DNA of 64,000 nt from Balanoglossus misakiensis (taxonomy: Eukaryota > Animalia > Hemichordata). Below, piece after piece: positions 39,262-59,083 of the stretch. The notes under the pieces are model-generated. The model had not been told where the DNA came from. It saw only the letters and a list, made by a program, of their open reading frames with translations, and ran no database searches. The number at the start of each line of letters is the position of its first letter. Position 1 is the first letter of the stretch. Position numbers and translations under genes: made by a program. Location: positions 10,256,088 to 10,320,087 of the forward strand of contig CM082590.2 of assembly GCA_040954595.2 (NCBI GenBank), given 5' to 3'.

Positions 39262-40164
39262 GGAAATTGTCATTTAATGACAATTTTTATGGGCTATAAC
39301 CCATGAAAAATGTCCGAAAATGACAAAATCACCGAAATTCGCAAAGTCGCGAAATTGTCATTTTTTGACAATTTTCATGAGCTATAACCCATGAAAAATG
39401 TCCGAAAATGACAAAATCACCGAAATTCGCACAAGTCGGGAAATTGTCATTTTTTGAGAACAATAACCCATGAAAAATGTCCGAAAATGACAAAATCACC
39501 GAAATTCGCAAAGTCGCGAAATTGTCATTTTTTGACAATTTTCATGAGCTATAACCCATGAAAAATGTCCGAAAATGACAAAATCACCGAAATTCGCACA
39601 AGTCGGGAAATTGTCATTTTTTGAGAACAATAACCCATGAAAAATATCCAAAAATGACAAAATCACCGAAAGTCGCAAAGTCGCGAAATTGTCATTTTTT
39701 GACAATTTTCATGAGCTATAACCCATGAAAAATGTCCGAAATTCGTAAAGTCGCGAAATTGTCATTTTTTGACAATTTTCATGAGCTATAACCCATGAAA
39801 AATGTCCGAAAATGACAAAATCACCGAAATTCGCACAAGTCGGGAAATTGTCATTTTTTGAGAACTATAACCCATGAAAAATATCCAAAAATGACAAAAT
39901 CACCGAAAGTCGCAAAGTCGGGAAATTGTCATTTTTTGAGAACTATAACCCTTGAAAAATATCAAAAAATGACAAAATCACCGAAATTCGCAAAGTCGCG
40001 AAATTGTCATTTTTTGACAATTTTCATGAGCTATAACCCATGAAAAATGTCCAAAAATGACAAAATCACCGAAATTCGCACAAGTCGGGAATTGTCATTT
40101 TTTGAGAATTATAACCCATGAAAAATATCCAAAAATGACAAAATCACCGAAAGTCGCAAAGTCG
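39262..40164 (-). repeat. Diverged sister family of the 88-bp satellite in inverted orientation (88+79-bp dimers)
   Basis: TTTTCATGAGCTATAACCCATG is the reverse complement of CATGGGTTATAGCTCATGAAAA; 167-bp offset between 39375 and 39542. Further monomers at about 38313-38425 (-) and 36304-36403 (+). Confidence 0.9.
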
Positions 40165-40351
40165 ATGGGTTTTCTGTCATTTTAAAGTACATGTATGTTG
40201 ATTATAAAGCTTGAAACAGTACATTCCACCACATTCCAGACTTTCAAATTAGCAATGTTTAATAGTGTATTTAATATTAAATAAGCATATTGCGTGTTGT
40301 TTATTCTGTTAATTGATAGTGTATTCTATCTTGTAGATAAGACAGTTCAAG

Positions 40352-43223
<2,872 letters not shown>

Positions 43224-43918
43224 TGCACGTGCACGCACGCACGCCCATCAAGAGCCCTCTAATTGATACATGTAGTAAATGTTTTTTTTAAACGCACGTA
43301 TGTTCCAGGTTTTCGCATTTGTATATATAGCACAATAAAATGTATTTTGACCAAATTTAAAGTGTCTTTCTAAAGAGACAAAAAACTTTTGCCCATATAA
43401 AATGTAGAAAATCAACGAATCCATACTTTATTGCCATCGAACTGGGGACGTTTGAACTATTTCTGGTATGTTCCAAACAACCACATATAAATTTGCTATC
43501 TCTTCATGCATATATAGATACACATTTATTTTAAGATTTGTACAAAATTTTCTGCCTAAAGAAGGCAGAACACGATCCAAAACGAAACAGTATATCACTA
43601 CGTATTTGTGGGAAACATCGAATCGTCATTTTACATTAGAAAGCATACTTCTGATTAACCACAGGCAAGTAAAATTTTGTTCAACTCAATAGCTTAGCAT
43701 TTTTTTCTTATAACTATAGCGCATATTGAAGACATAGGAAAGTAATTCAAATTTTTATCAGCGTAAACTTCCAAAACGATGCTTGACTTTGGTAAATGTA
43801 TTTCAAATTCTGTGATACTGCTTCAATAATTGGTAACAACAAATAAAGACATTTTTCGCAATCAAACAGACTTGTCATTTCGCATAAATATTTTTTTTTA
43901 ATTTCCAGGTTTCTCATA

Positions 43919-44699
43919 ATGATTAAGGTGACAGTAATCATATTATCGTTTCTGGCTTCGGCGAATTGTGTACCAGATATTCCCCTACACTTAAGACCAT
44001 GGGTTTGCACATCGACGGTAGTCAGTCTTTACGACGATGCAGTATGGAATTGCGTCAACACACCGACTGACTGCTTTGACGAGTTGATGGCGGTCCCAGA
44101 GATGATAAAGAAGGGAACTTTGCTCAAAACATACCACTTATATGCCATTTCCAGTGAAATCATTGGTCCCACCAAGACATTTAGAACAATGGGTGTAGCA
44201 GTGGACAAAGTGGACACAATAGACCTGGTACGTAATGATAATTATGCCACGTGTTTGGAGTGGCCAAATTATCCCTCGCCTCTAATGATATTACTCTACT
44301 CACGGTTGTCATGTTACTTCAATTTCAGGGAGAAAAGATTGAAGACAAACTGGACAATGTGTGTGTTAATTGCACTTTAAATGTCTATACTGGCGACGTT
44401 TCGGAACATGTCTGCACGAAACTAAATGTAAGACTTAGTTTACCATAAACACAATCAGTGTGTATTTGTATTACAGTTGTTGATCTCACGGTAAATGACC
44501 AAAAAAGGCGTAGTTATTGGAGAGAATTTTTCTAACAAAACGTGTCTCCTTCCCACTCCAGGAATGCCCTGAAAAACTTGCCAAGGGAATGTACTGGAAT
44601 CCACCAGGAAATGTTTCCCATGAGCTTCACGATTGCTTCCACGAACAACACGAAGAATCTCACGTTTTCTACTGCAAATATTATCCTATTGACCAATAA
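43919..44699 (+). CDS. Uncharacterised secreted Cys-containing protein, copy A (about 181 aa)
   Basis: Exons 43919-44227, 44329-44427, 44562-44699, all GT-AG and phase 0. Signal peptide MIKVTVIILSFLASANC; exon lengths identical in paralog B. Confidence 0.75.
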
Positions 44700-44809
44700 T
44701 TCCACGTGGCGTGTTCACTATTACTAATATAAGTAAAATGTAGTCATCTTAACAATAATTAGTATGTAGAATAAAACAAGAATTCTTGAATATCATGTGT
44801 CTTAATATC

Positions 44810-45039
<230 letters not shown>

Positions 45040-45529
45040 AAACCACAGTGTGACATCGAGATCGGACAATTCAACTATTGCTGGTATAATCCAAACGCGC
45101 ACTTATATCCAGTGTCTCTCCACGCACAAATAGAAACAAATGTATTTTAAGTTTTTTTACGACACTTTCTGTTTAAAGGAGGCAAGACACGATCCAAAAC
45201 GACATAGTCTATCAGTCCGTGTTGGTGAGAAGCATCGCATTGTTATTTTACATTGGAATCCATACTTCTGGTTCACCGTAGGCAAGTAAGGTTTTTTTCT
45301 CTCAATAACATAACATATTTCGTGATAACTGAAGCTGCATACTGAAGTCATCGTAAAATAATTCAAATTTTTATTAGCATACACTTCCAAAAATGAAGTT
45401 TGGGATTGGTACTACAAATTATGTGATCCTTCAAATTCCGTGACAGACTTTTTATTTCCCGCGACATATTTTTCACCAAAGGTGAAATTTAAACAAGGCT
45501 ATTATTGGCTATTTTTCAGGTATCACATA

Positions 45530-46405
45530 ATGTTTAAGGTGGTTACCATCACATTATCTATTCTGGCGCTGGCTGACTGTTCAGCAGATATTCTACTCCA
45601 CCTAAGACCATGGCAGTGCACGTCATCGATTTTCAGCTTTTACAATGATGCAATTTGGAATGGCGTCAACACACCAATAAAATGCTTCGACGAGTTAATG
45701 GAGGTACCAGAGCTGTTGAAGAACGAGACTTTGCTGAAAACATACGATTTATATGGCATTTCTGGTGAAATGGTTGGTCCCACCAAGGCATTTAGATCAA
45801 TAGGAGTTGTCATAGATAAAGTTGACACAATGGACTTGGTAGGTATTGAGGATTATACCAGAGAATAACGAATATTTTCTTGTAGACAAGATTACCTTGC
45901 AATTGCCAAATAGTCACGACGAGAATCAGTACACAACAGATGCTAATCCTTCTTTATGTGAACACAAACGTCTGTCATGTTAATTCAATTTCAGGGAGAA
46001 AAGATTGAAGGCAAACTGGACAATGTGTGTGTTACTTGTACTATCAATTACTATACTGGCAACACTGTACAAAATATCTGTACAAAACTGAATGTAAGTT
46101 TACCATAGACACAATCAGTGACTTTTCTTGGTGTATCATCTCGAAAATTGGTTTTATAGTTCGCGTTTTGGTTCTGGTTAGTTTCCTTGGTCGATAAACA
46201 CCCACTTTTGTAAGAGTGTACTTATTAGTGAACTTTGTTTTGACAATGTGTCTCCTTCCTTCTGCAGATATGCCCTGAAAAACTTGCCAAGGGAATGTAC
46301 TGGAACCCACCAGGAGATGTTTCTCATGAGCTACACGATTGCTTCCACGAACAACACGAAGAATCTCACGTTTTCTACTGCAAATATTATCCTATTGACC
46401 AATAA
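45530..46405 (+). CDS. Uncharacterised secreted Cys-containing protein, copy B (about 181 aa)
   Basis: Exons 45530-45838, 45995-46093, 46268-46405. Signal peptide MFKVVTITLSILALADC; paralog of copy A with conserved Cys and Trp residues. Confidence 0.75.
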
Positions 46406-46515
46406 TTCCATGCGACGTGTTCACTATTACCAATATAAGTACATGTAGTCCTCTAAACAATAAATTAGTATGTAGAATAAATCGAGAATTCTTGAATATC
46501 ATGTGTCTTAATATC

Positions 46516-46627
<112 letters not shown>

Positions 46628-46801
46628 AGTTGAAAGCTGTTTTGGGTGTCAATATACTGTACGAGTGTACAAGCTTACACTAGCTCTACGTGTTAGACAT
46701 TTATGAGATAAGGGTCACGTGTCTCTATTTTATCATTCACTGCCACAATCATTAACCGGTTTAATCATTATCTACTGCTAGGAGGTCACACAACCTGATC
46801 A

Positions 46802-47377
46802 ATGATGTCGGCAACTAGAGTCACAGCATTCTCACGCGACCAGCGCCGAGCTCGTATTCAAGCCATAGCTTCAATGACTGTTATTGGAGTCACGTTGGCA
46901 GTCTCCAATATACTACCCTTGCCAAGGTTGAAGTCAGCCAGCCTGCAAGACCGTCTGATCTTCACCCTTCGCTGGGAAGTCTTCGAACTCTTGACTCTGA
47001 TCGCTGGTGTGTTTTACGTGGCCATCGCCAGGTTCGATTCTGCGCAGTTGAATCCGCTACTCAACAAAGATATCCCCACCCTGGATGTGCACAGACGCTA
47101 CATCCAGAACACGCTCGAACAGGTGGTCATCAGTTGCCTAGGGAAGCTGGTCCTCTGTTCTTTTCTGGACGACAACGGGATGAAGTTTATTCCTGCGTTG
47201 TCAATCTTATTTGTTGTTTCCAGGATTGCTTTTTGGATTGGATATTGCCGGGACCCAGTTTACAGATATTTTGGAATGATGATGACGTTGATGCTAAATG
47301 CCTTTGTCGTCATTTGTGCAACGTATTACGTCATATCACTAGGATCCACATACCGACTGGGCAGGCGCAAACAGTGA
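46802..47377 (+). CDS. MAPEG-superfamily membrane protein (TMEM79/microsomal GST-like), single exon, 191 aa
   Basis: Multiple hydrophobic helices; HRRYIQNTLEQ and FVVSRIAFWIGY match MAPEG-type motifs (N..E and R..F..GY). Confidence 0.75.
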   Translation: MMSATRVTAFSRDQRRARIQAIASMTVIGVTLAVSNILPLPRLKSASLQDRLIFTLRWEVFELLTLIAGVFYVAIARFDSAQLNPLLNKDIPTLDVHRRYIQNTLEQVVISCLGKLVLCSFLDDNGMKFIPALSILFVVSRIAFWIGYCRDPVYRYFGMMMTLMLNAFVVICATYYVISLGSTYRLGRRKQ

Positions 47378-47408
47378 GGTTATCGCCTCTACTCGAAGAA
47401 CATTCCAT

Positions 47409-47662
47409 TGTACATTGTAGCAGTTACACTACAGTGTAATACAAAGTAACAATCACATTGTTTGCAATGATGTACATTGTAGCAGTTACACTACAGTGTA
47501 ATACAAAGTAACAATCACATTCTTTGCAATGATGTACATTGTAGCAGTTACACTACAGTGTAATACAAAGTAACAATCACATTGTTTGCATCGATGTACA
47601 TTGTAGCAGTTACACTACAGTGTAATACAAAGTAACAATCAGATTGTTTGTAATGATGTACA
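47409..47662. repeat. 62-bp minisatellite, about 4 copies
   Basis: TGTACATTGTAGCAGTTACACTACAGTGTAATACAAAGTAACAATCACATTGTTTGCAATGA; period 62. Confidence 0.92.
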
Positions 47663-48064
47663 TTGGACTTGCTAGCAACTGTGTTGTATGTGACCCATAC
47701 CCGCAGGTGCAGACGGAACGACACGTACCCTTTATACCCTAATACCACATTGGACGTACATGTATATGTAAACATAACTTTTGTGGTATTTGTAATAAAA
47801 CTAAAGTTCATGGTTATCTAAACTTATAGACTGTAGACTTGACCTTTGTCAATATGAGAGTGAGCCTACTTCAATGTTTGCCTGCCATGCATGGGAGTGG
47901 TAATTCAAACAAAATGAAATATGAGACTATTCGACTGAACTCAACCGCCTTTCAGTGAATAGTGAGCGTAATCCATCACGTGTGACCTGTATCAGGTCAG
48001 AGATCCGGGGAAATAAGATGGAAATACGATATGTTGCATCAACAAGCAGAAATCGGGAGTTAAA

Positions 48065-51117
<3,053 letters not shown>

Positions 51118-53139
51118 ACGTGTACAGGGATAGGGGTGACAGAAAATAACACCAATAAAGTGTGACTTACCACGTTTTTTCTTGGTTTCTTTTCGCTTGA
51201 TTCAGGTTCACGTGAGATTACCGAGTGGGGGCGCTGTGGAAGATAAGGTGTGGTTCAGTTGAAAGTGAATGAGGAAATAGATGAAATATTCTCATAACTG
51301 TAACTTCTTAAAACAATGATGAATTACGGATATGAGCTTTTGGAAAATAAACGAGCAATGTTCATTCAATACATGTAGACTGGAACTTTGCGTGTCTTAC
51401 TGCAACTATTAGCTTAAGTTTCTCAGGAACCTTGCAGCTTTTGGAAACAATTTGAGACTTGTGCCAAGATTTGGGAGGTACTAAAGTACTTCACAGTTGA
51501 TGAATGTAGGGTAAAGGTCCCTCCTGGTAATCTTAATTGGTGTATAAAGTTGAAATAGCCTTACTAGATCGCTGACCGCGTTTCGGGGACACGTCTTAAC
51601 CACCGGTCTATCGCCATTTTGTCTTTCCTTATCAGCTGATCTGTACTTATACCAGCGCGCACGGTTCTGCGCAGCCTTGTTTTCCACATCCTGAAGTTAA
51701 AAAGACAATTTATTCCCCATTATACTTGAGTGCAATCACGAGACCAATAAATAAAACATCATATATCAATATGGAACATCGATTGGGACAGACCACAAAT
51801 TTCCTCAGAACAATGTGTGGTCCCATTTTTGACCAAAATCAATGTAAACTGTATTGATGGGATGGTATAAGCAAAGTGTGTCTTTTGAAAACATTTTATC
51901 CACAGAAACATGAATAAGTGAATATAGAATTGTGAAATCCTGTAATTTCAAAGCCTATTTTCCGCTTATAAGTTCCATTTCATAGCCTCCTATATTGACA
52001 ATTAACAAGGGTGACGTCTTTTTGTCCTCTCAATATGGTTGTAGAGTGCTAAGTTTTTTTTCTGAACTGCTGGTCTAGAAATAGAGCGCCTATGTTTGAG
52101 AAAAACTTGCAAACGGTGGTATCACCAGGGAAGAATTCCGGACAAATAGTGCCTGAACGTGGACTCTATACTGGAGAAGATAGACGAGAGACGAAATCCT
52201 GTAACTTCAAAGTCCACGTGACGTTTGGTCTGTCTGCTTATTTGCATAATAGGAGAAATCACAGCCATGCCACGCGGAGTACATTCTGATGAGAATAATT
52301 ACTTTTTCTACGAATTTTCGGATTTTTATCCATTTCATTTTGTTTGTCACTTTGGTTTTGGTTTATTTCATTCAAAGGAATAACTAAACGATGATAAACC
52401 ACGGCGCTTCCAGCGATTCTACGCCCAACTATTTCGACTCACAAAGTTTCAAAAAAGTTGAGGCAAACGCGCTCCAGAAAAGACCTGAACACCTAACCTA
52501 GTTTGCCGGATGATTTATGTCAGCTTTAGACCAGTTCAAACTGGTTTTTGTGTGTGTAAAGTTTAAAAATGAGGTGATTTTAAAGTGACCGAGTTAAAAG
52601 GACACGAACTCGATCATTTTAAGAAGACCGCCATTTGCAATCGGAGGTGTTTTCAGATTTGCGCATGCGTATGTTTCAGTGTTTAACATTGCCCCCAGGC
52701 TGTACTAAGCTACACCAAGCTTTATTGAAATTAAAATATGACAAAAATATGACAGAAATATATCGCAACTTCACAAGAGCGAAAGTTTTTGGTGGGAATG
52801 CTTGAAGTAAAAGTATTTATCAACCATTCTGGAAAAGTTGACGGTTAGGACAGACAACTTAAACATGGATGAATGTTTGATGACGGGGATTGGTCGTTCT
52901 GCAAACTTAGGTAAAATTCTTTCGTTTTCCCCACGCCAAAAGACATCTTTAAATTCAAATTAAAGCATATTAAGTTCCCATTTTGTAACTCTCTCAGCTG
53001 CCGTGACCTGCCCAGGGTCAATCAACTAGTAACTTTCCTTATCTGAATGAGGAATCTTATCATCCTTGTTTGAGTGTCAATCAAGAACCCGGCCGCGTCT
53101 ACCCATTGTATCCAAAGATAAAACAAGGGGTATGGATTG

Positions 53140-53226
53140 TATATAAAGCGGACAGAAGTCTGAAATTTCGCAGATTTTATTTCCGCTGCTGAACCGGGTG
53201 CACCAGGAAAGGAAGACTATGTAAGT
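53140..53226 (+). promoter_or_regulatory. TATA box and probable non-coding first exon of FOXRED2-like copy 1
   Basis: TATATAAA at 53140-53147 followed about 75 nt later by a strong donor, GTAAGT (53221). Confidence 0.45.
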
Positions 53227-54041
53227 CCGAAACGACTTCTACATATTCACTTTATTTTGTTGTCTTGCGTGTGATGGTGTCTTGAAGGATAGTTTTTAGC
53301 ACTCTTGTTAAAAATTCACAATTTTGCTAAAGTGTGAAACGTGCCCAGTTCTGAATTTCCATCGGTCATCGTCTATGCTTTAACTCATTTTTTTTCCACA
53401 AATGGAAACCAAACCTGTATTAGGTTTCGTTTGTGGCGCTTTTGCAGCGCAGGGTGAGATAAAGTGACGATGGCACCGTAGTTGATCTATCTAGAGTGAG
53501 GTTCTTCTGTCCATATTTCAGTGATTGGTGTTTACGGACACCATGTCAGTTTTTGGCCCTGGCTTGAATAACGCTGTCCTGCAGGACAGACTAAACGCGA
53601 TACACTAGTATGTTTACGGAGCAGTGCAGGGGGTCAGCTGCTATCGAAGGGTTGGTGAACCCCCATGGTTGCCCTGACCTGTCCCAGTTTCTAGGGTGAC
53701 TTAAACATTATACAAGTATTCACGAAACAACGACCGTACTCGGAAAGGGAGATACGCAAAGCGCCATCACGCTCACAGTTAGGGAAAGGATGCATGGTAC
53801 AGTTCAATGTCCTTGTCTCAAAGTCAGTTTGAAACATATAGTTACTGCATCCATCTATCCATCAATCCCTCCCTAGCCTCCCTCCCTCCATTCATCCATC
53901 TACCCATCCATCCATCTAGCCAATGTTAACACACCGCCTATTTAATCATACTCAGATAGTGTACATTGGTGGATACTGAAGAATCAAGGCAACTTTGTCA
54001 GTTTGGAAACACTACAACATAGCTGATAATCAGGAGAGAAA

Positions 54042-57000
54042 ATGGCAGGTAAGGAGTATGGCATAATTCGAAACACGTCTATAAAAACCCTCCTTGGACA
54101 TGTTATCTTACTTAACAGAAAGTGTGTTCAGATAAACGTTAAATGTGCTTTCTTGGCTGTTTCAGTTTACCATGAGTATATTATCATCGGGGCTGGTCCA
54201 GGTGGCCTCCAGATGGGTTATTACATGGAGAAGAACAAAGCTGATTATCTTATCTTAGAAGGTGCAAACAAACCAGGCAACTTCTTCACCACTCAGCCAC
54301 GTCATCGCAAACTTATTTCCATCAACAAGGTGTACAACCCTTTCCCCGAGAAAGAGTTCAACATGAGACACGATTGGAACTCGCTTCTCTGTGATGATGA
54401 TTCCTTGAGATTCACCAAGTACACAGAAGAACTCTTCCCACACGCTGATGTCCTGGTCAGATATCTGAACGACTTTGCCCACAAGAACGAGCTGAAGATC
54501 ATCTACCAGACATATGTCGCCAACATCAACAAGTTCAAGTGTCCTAAATCTGGAGAAGATAGGTTCAAACTGAAAACCAAGGAAGGCAAGGAGTACGAGT
54601 GTCGAGTTCTTCTGATGGCAACTGGGGTCAGAAAAGAGATTCTTCCGGACATCCCGGGCATTGAACACGCAGACACCTACTCTGAACACAGCATCGACCA
54701 AAATGACTACAAAGGGAAGATCGTAGGCATAATGGGACGTGGAAACAGCGCCTTTGAAGTGGCCGATCACCTTGCAGGTCACGCTGCGATCGTCCACGTA
54801 CTTGGTCAAAGGCCGGTCAAGTTTGCTTGGGATACGCACTTTGTTGGTAGGTTGTTTTAGAAAGACATTCGAATGTTTCCCTTGGTCTCTAGGATGCAGG
54901 AAAGCCGTGTGTTCATGGCAGACAAACAGTTTTTGATATGTTCAAGATTGTTGATTGTTGAATCATCTCTATATCATCTCTCTCTCACACCCACTCTCTC
55001 TCCCTCTGTCTCTCTCTCTCTCTATCTCTCTCTCAACAGGCGACTTGAGGGCAGTCAACAATAGCATCCTTGACATGTACCAATTGAAAAGTCTTCACTC
55101 TTATGTAAACATCGACGTACTTGGAATAAGCAAAGCCGAGAATGGGAAACTGATCGTCACTGTCCAAACTCCAGCCCTGCACATGGAACCCCCTGCATTT
55201 ATCAGAACCACTTTCCCCTTCGACAAAATCATTTGTTGCACAGGTTTCAACTATGTGGACCAAGACATCTTCGATGATAGCTGCAAACCAGGTAAGTTAG
55301 TGGCCTTTGTGAGAGTTTTGCGGACAATGGGAATAAACAGGTTTATATACGCCTCCCCATATGTGTGTCCTTTACAACTGTGAACACTTATATAGAGAGT
55401 CATTGTATATATTTTTGTCTCCTTCAGCCACTAGAAAGAATGGCAAGTTTCCTGTTCTAAAGAACAACTGGGAAACAGAGAACGTCCCCAACATGTACTA
55501 CATCGGAACACCAATGCAGACCAGGGACAGAAAAGCAGCTTCTGGTTTCATTCATGGATTCAGATACAACGTCAGGACCCTGTACCATCTTCTGAGGGAG
55601 AAGTATGATGATATCCCTTATCCAACGGCAGAAGTGGAGAGAGATGCTATGGCCATGAGCAAGCACATAATTGGTATGTATATGAAAGGAAGGGATGAAA
55701 GTTTTGTGTGCTTTGATTTTAGTGTAAGGCTAGCTTAGCAAGCTGACAGAGGGGGGGGAGGGGACAGAGAGGGGGAGGACAGAGGTAGAAGTAGGGACAG
55801 AGAGAGAGAGGGGGGAGTGAGGGAGAGACAGACAGAAAGGGAGAGAGTGGGGAGAGAGGGGTGGAATAAACAGGCAGATACAGGGTAGAGAGAAAAGATG
55901 GAGAGAGGGTGATCTTCCTACAGCTACATGCAGAAAATGTGGCGGCCTTATACAAGTTCTGAAGCTACTTGACTTGCATATGTGTTCTCTAATCTTGCCC
56001 CACAGACAGGGTAGCGATCTGTGCCAGTCTCTATCAGATGCAAGGGTTCCTGTGTGATGTTCTCATTGTACCAGAAGAAGGTGACAAGAAGGCCGTCTAT
56101 TACGAAGACATGCCACTAGACTATGTACTCGACAATGAATACTTCATGAAACAGCAACATATGTTCATCACTGTACTCAAGTTCACCTTTGACAGGTAAA
56201 GGTGGTTACACTTTTGGACCACTGCTGCACAAAGAGACTGTGAGTTTCTAGACAGACAGACAGACAGACGGACTGACTGACTGACTGTATCTGTTCCACA
56301 AAGAGACATATGATTTTGTAGACAATCAGAGGCACATTGATGGTACCGATACTAAGCACTATGATTCCGGCCACATACAGATCAGTGAATATGACTGAGA
56401 TAGATACTTTGATTTTTGATTTGTCTCAGGTTTGGCGAGTATGGTAAAATTGCAACCAACTGGGGCCAGTTCCCGGACTTGAACAAACCAGAGTGCCAGG
56501 CGTTCCTTCGTCCAATCACGTCATACTACAGCAAGGGCAAGTATGTGGACGAACAAGCCTGCAACGAGTCACTCATGCTGCGCTTTGATATACAGAACTT
56601 CACAGGGTCGAATCCGAACCTGAATTTCAATCTGGTGGCCACCTTCATCAACAAGCAAGTAAGTGTCAAAAATTACATCATTCTATTGGCTCATTTATGT
56701 CACGTCAGCATGCACATATGTGGGGAGAAAACAGGAGAATCTAGACGATCTAGGATGAAATTATATATGTTACTCTAGTTTTATACTAACAAAGTTTGAC
56801 TTGTATTACATGTACATGGCTAGCAACGCTGTACTATGTACAGTAATTAGCCAAGTCTCGCGAGATCTCGCAAAGAACGAAAATCGTCTATTGCTTATGT
56901 TTTTTATATGTTTACATTGCAGACAAATGTGTCACCTGGTGCTAAGTACGACCTGTCTATCCTTGAAAACATGGACGACTACGAGAAGATCTTCGTGCCA

Positions 57001-57111
57001 CTGACAGAAGAACAGAAAATGAGACTTCCAAAAGACTTGGAAGGAATCAAAGGATGCAAACCCGCCATGTTGTACTTGACAAAAGATGGTGACGAAATGG
57101 CTTACAATTAA
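54042..57111 (+). CDS. FOXRED2-like FAD/NAD(P)H-dependent oxidoreductase, copy 1 (about 597 aa, no signal peptide)
   Basis: Exons 54042-54048 (ATGGCAG micro-exon), 54166-54846, 55040-55291, 55428-55673, 56006-56195, 56430-56658, 56923-57111. GAGPGG, PRHRKLISINK, EFNMRHDWNSLL, GRGNSAFE, GDLRAVNN..LD.YQLKSL and GFIHGFRY are FOXRED2-family motifs. Confidence 0.9.
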
Positions 57112-57934
57112 TTATGCTCTTTGAAATAATCTAACAAGAAAAAAAAATGATTATATGTTCATGCTATCTAGAAAGCGAAAATCTGAAGTACAAGTAGGCC
57201 CAGAGAAAGATGGAACTGAACAAAAATATTTATGAAATTTTCTTATTCACTGAGTTCATCATTATGTATACAACATTTAGATACAACACTTAGAATTAGA
57301 AACTGTGCCAGTTCTATGACACAGAGTGTGAATGTCGAAATTATCATGCTTCGCTTTGAACAATTAATTAAAACTATTGTATTCTCTGTGAAGATTTGTT
57401 GAAGTCCAGAGTATTGATTGAGTAACTTTTCATCATTTTCTGTATTTTTTATAGTTATAAGACGATTACAGAAAATCACTAAGTGCACTGTGTTTGAGGA
57501 ATGTGATGTAAATAAATATATTAGGGTTTTATGACATTTGAGAGAAGACGTTTTTCAGACACTTCAAGAAAATATGTGTAAAAAGTGATATACTTGTAAT
57601 TTTACCAGTAAATATAAACAAGTCACGTGGTCCTTGATTTTGAAGTAGGTGGATGAATTTCAAGTCAACAGTGACATTTTTAAAGACATGTATTTTTATA
57701 TGATGTATACTCCTTTATATAAACGATTGAATGTAATAAAATTGAACTTATTATCAAAAGTACAAATGTATGTTGTTCATAAATTGATTCAATCCCCATC
57801 ATCCCAAAGTCAGTTTTCATTGGCTTGGTGATATAATATGGGACATTATTAATGAATGTTAAACAAAGTGATTTCAAAACCGATTGCTGCTTTTGCTGTG
57901 GCGCTGTTTAGCCCCCCCCCCCCCCCCATATGAA

Positions 57935-58054
57935 GTCACGTGACAATCATGTGACAATCAGACGGTCCAATCATCGTATCTTGGCTTGCTTATATAGGTA
58001 TGTGCCCGGCAACTTTTGGCCAGATCAGTCTACAGGTCGCTGGGCACGGTAAGT
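57935..58054 (+). promoter_or_regulatory. Probable promoter of FOXRED2-like copy 2 (E-box, CCAAT, TATA, first donor)
   Basis: GTCACGTGAC at 57935-57944, CCAAT at 57967, TATATA at 57991, donor GTAAGT at 58049. Confidence 0.4.
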
Positions 58055-59083
58055 TGACATCCGTTTCGACTTTTCTATAGATCTCGAAGTTATCGCGTTA
58101 AATGTGTTGAAATGGTACCCCATACAATTTTTTTTAAAATCCTCTGCGGATATTTAATCTGTTTAATTTTCTTCCGTGACACGCAGACCTGGTATCGTGT
58201 GCGAGAACGCCTCAAACGTGTGACAGACTTCAAGATGGGGATTAAATATGTGCTAGTATTGAGAACTTCATTTTTCAGAGAATAATTTAATAACCGTTTC
58301 CGCTTACGTCAATAACAAGTATCACGTGAAAGATAGTTCGGTTATCTGGGTAAAAAGTCATGTTCACCATTTACTTTTTAAGTTAGAAAATGCTAGCCCT
58401 TGGTGTCTGCTGACCAAAAGTGGCTATATTTCAAAGACTGTTGTGTAGGCCCGAAAAAAAACTTATCATGGTAATTCAAGTAGCTCAAATTTTGCTCGTT
58501 TTATTTTGCCATAATAGAAATGTGAGTATAAATAAATTGTGTATTATATCTTTCACTAGATCAGCAATTAATTTCAATCAACCAGGACAGTCACGTGTGA
58601 TTAACATTTACTTCGTGACAAATCTCACCAACGTGGCCGAGGGAGACGTGATCTATTCGTGTTTATTTAAGTCCGACACGATTACAACACAGACATGGTT
58701 AAGAGCATGAAGACGACTATGCTCGACTCGGTTGACCTTATTGGTTCAAGAACGGTCACTGCACACAAGTCAGCCGCTCCAAAATCAGTGTTAGAGCTAA
58801 ACAAACACGTGCACGCACACTATGTCAAAAGTTCTTGCCACAAGATAGGCCTCCAGTAAGGGCACCTGATTTGACCCCAGGTCACGCGAGACGCACCCGA
58901 CGTCGTGCAAAAGAAGTGTTCCCTCACAGCTTTGACGCACGTAAACACCGACATCATATACCAGTGGTCTAAGTTTCCATGAACGTCGTTTTTTTTTAAT
59001 TCACAGGCAGCCGAATAAGCGAATGATCGTCAAATCTCGGGGGTGACACACCTAAGACAACAGAGAGACATCCAAATCCCAAT

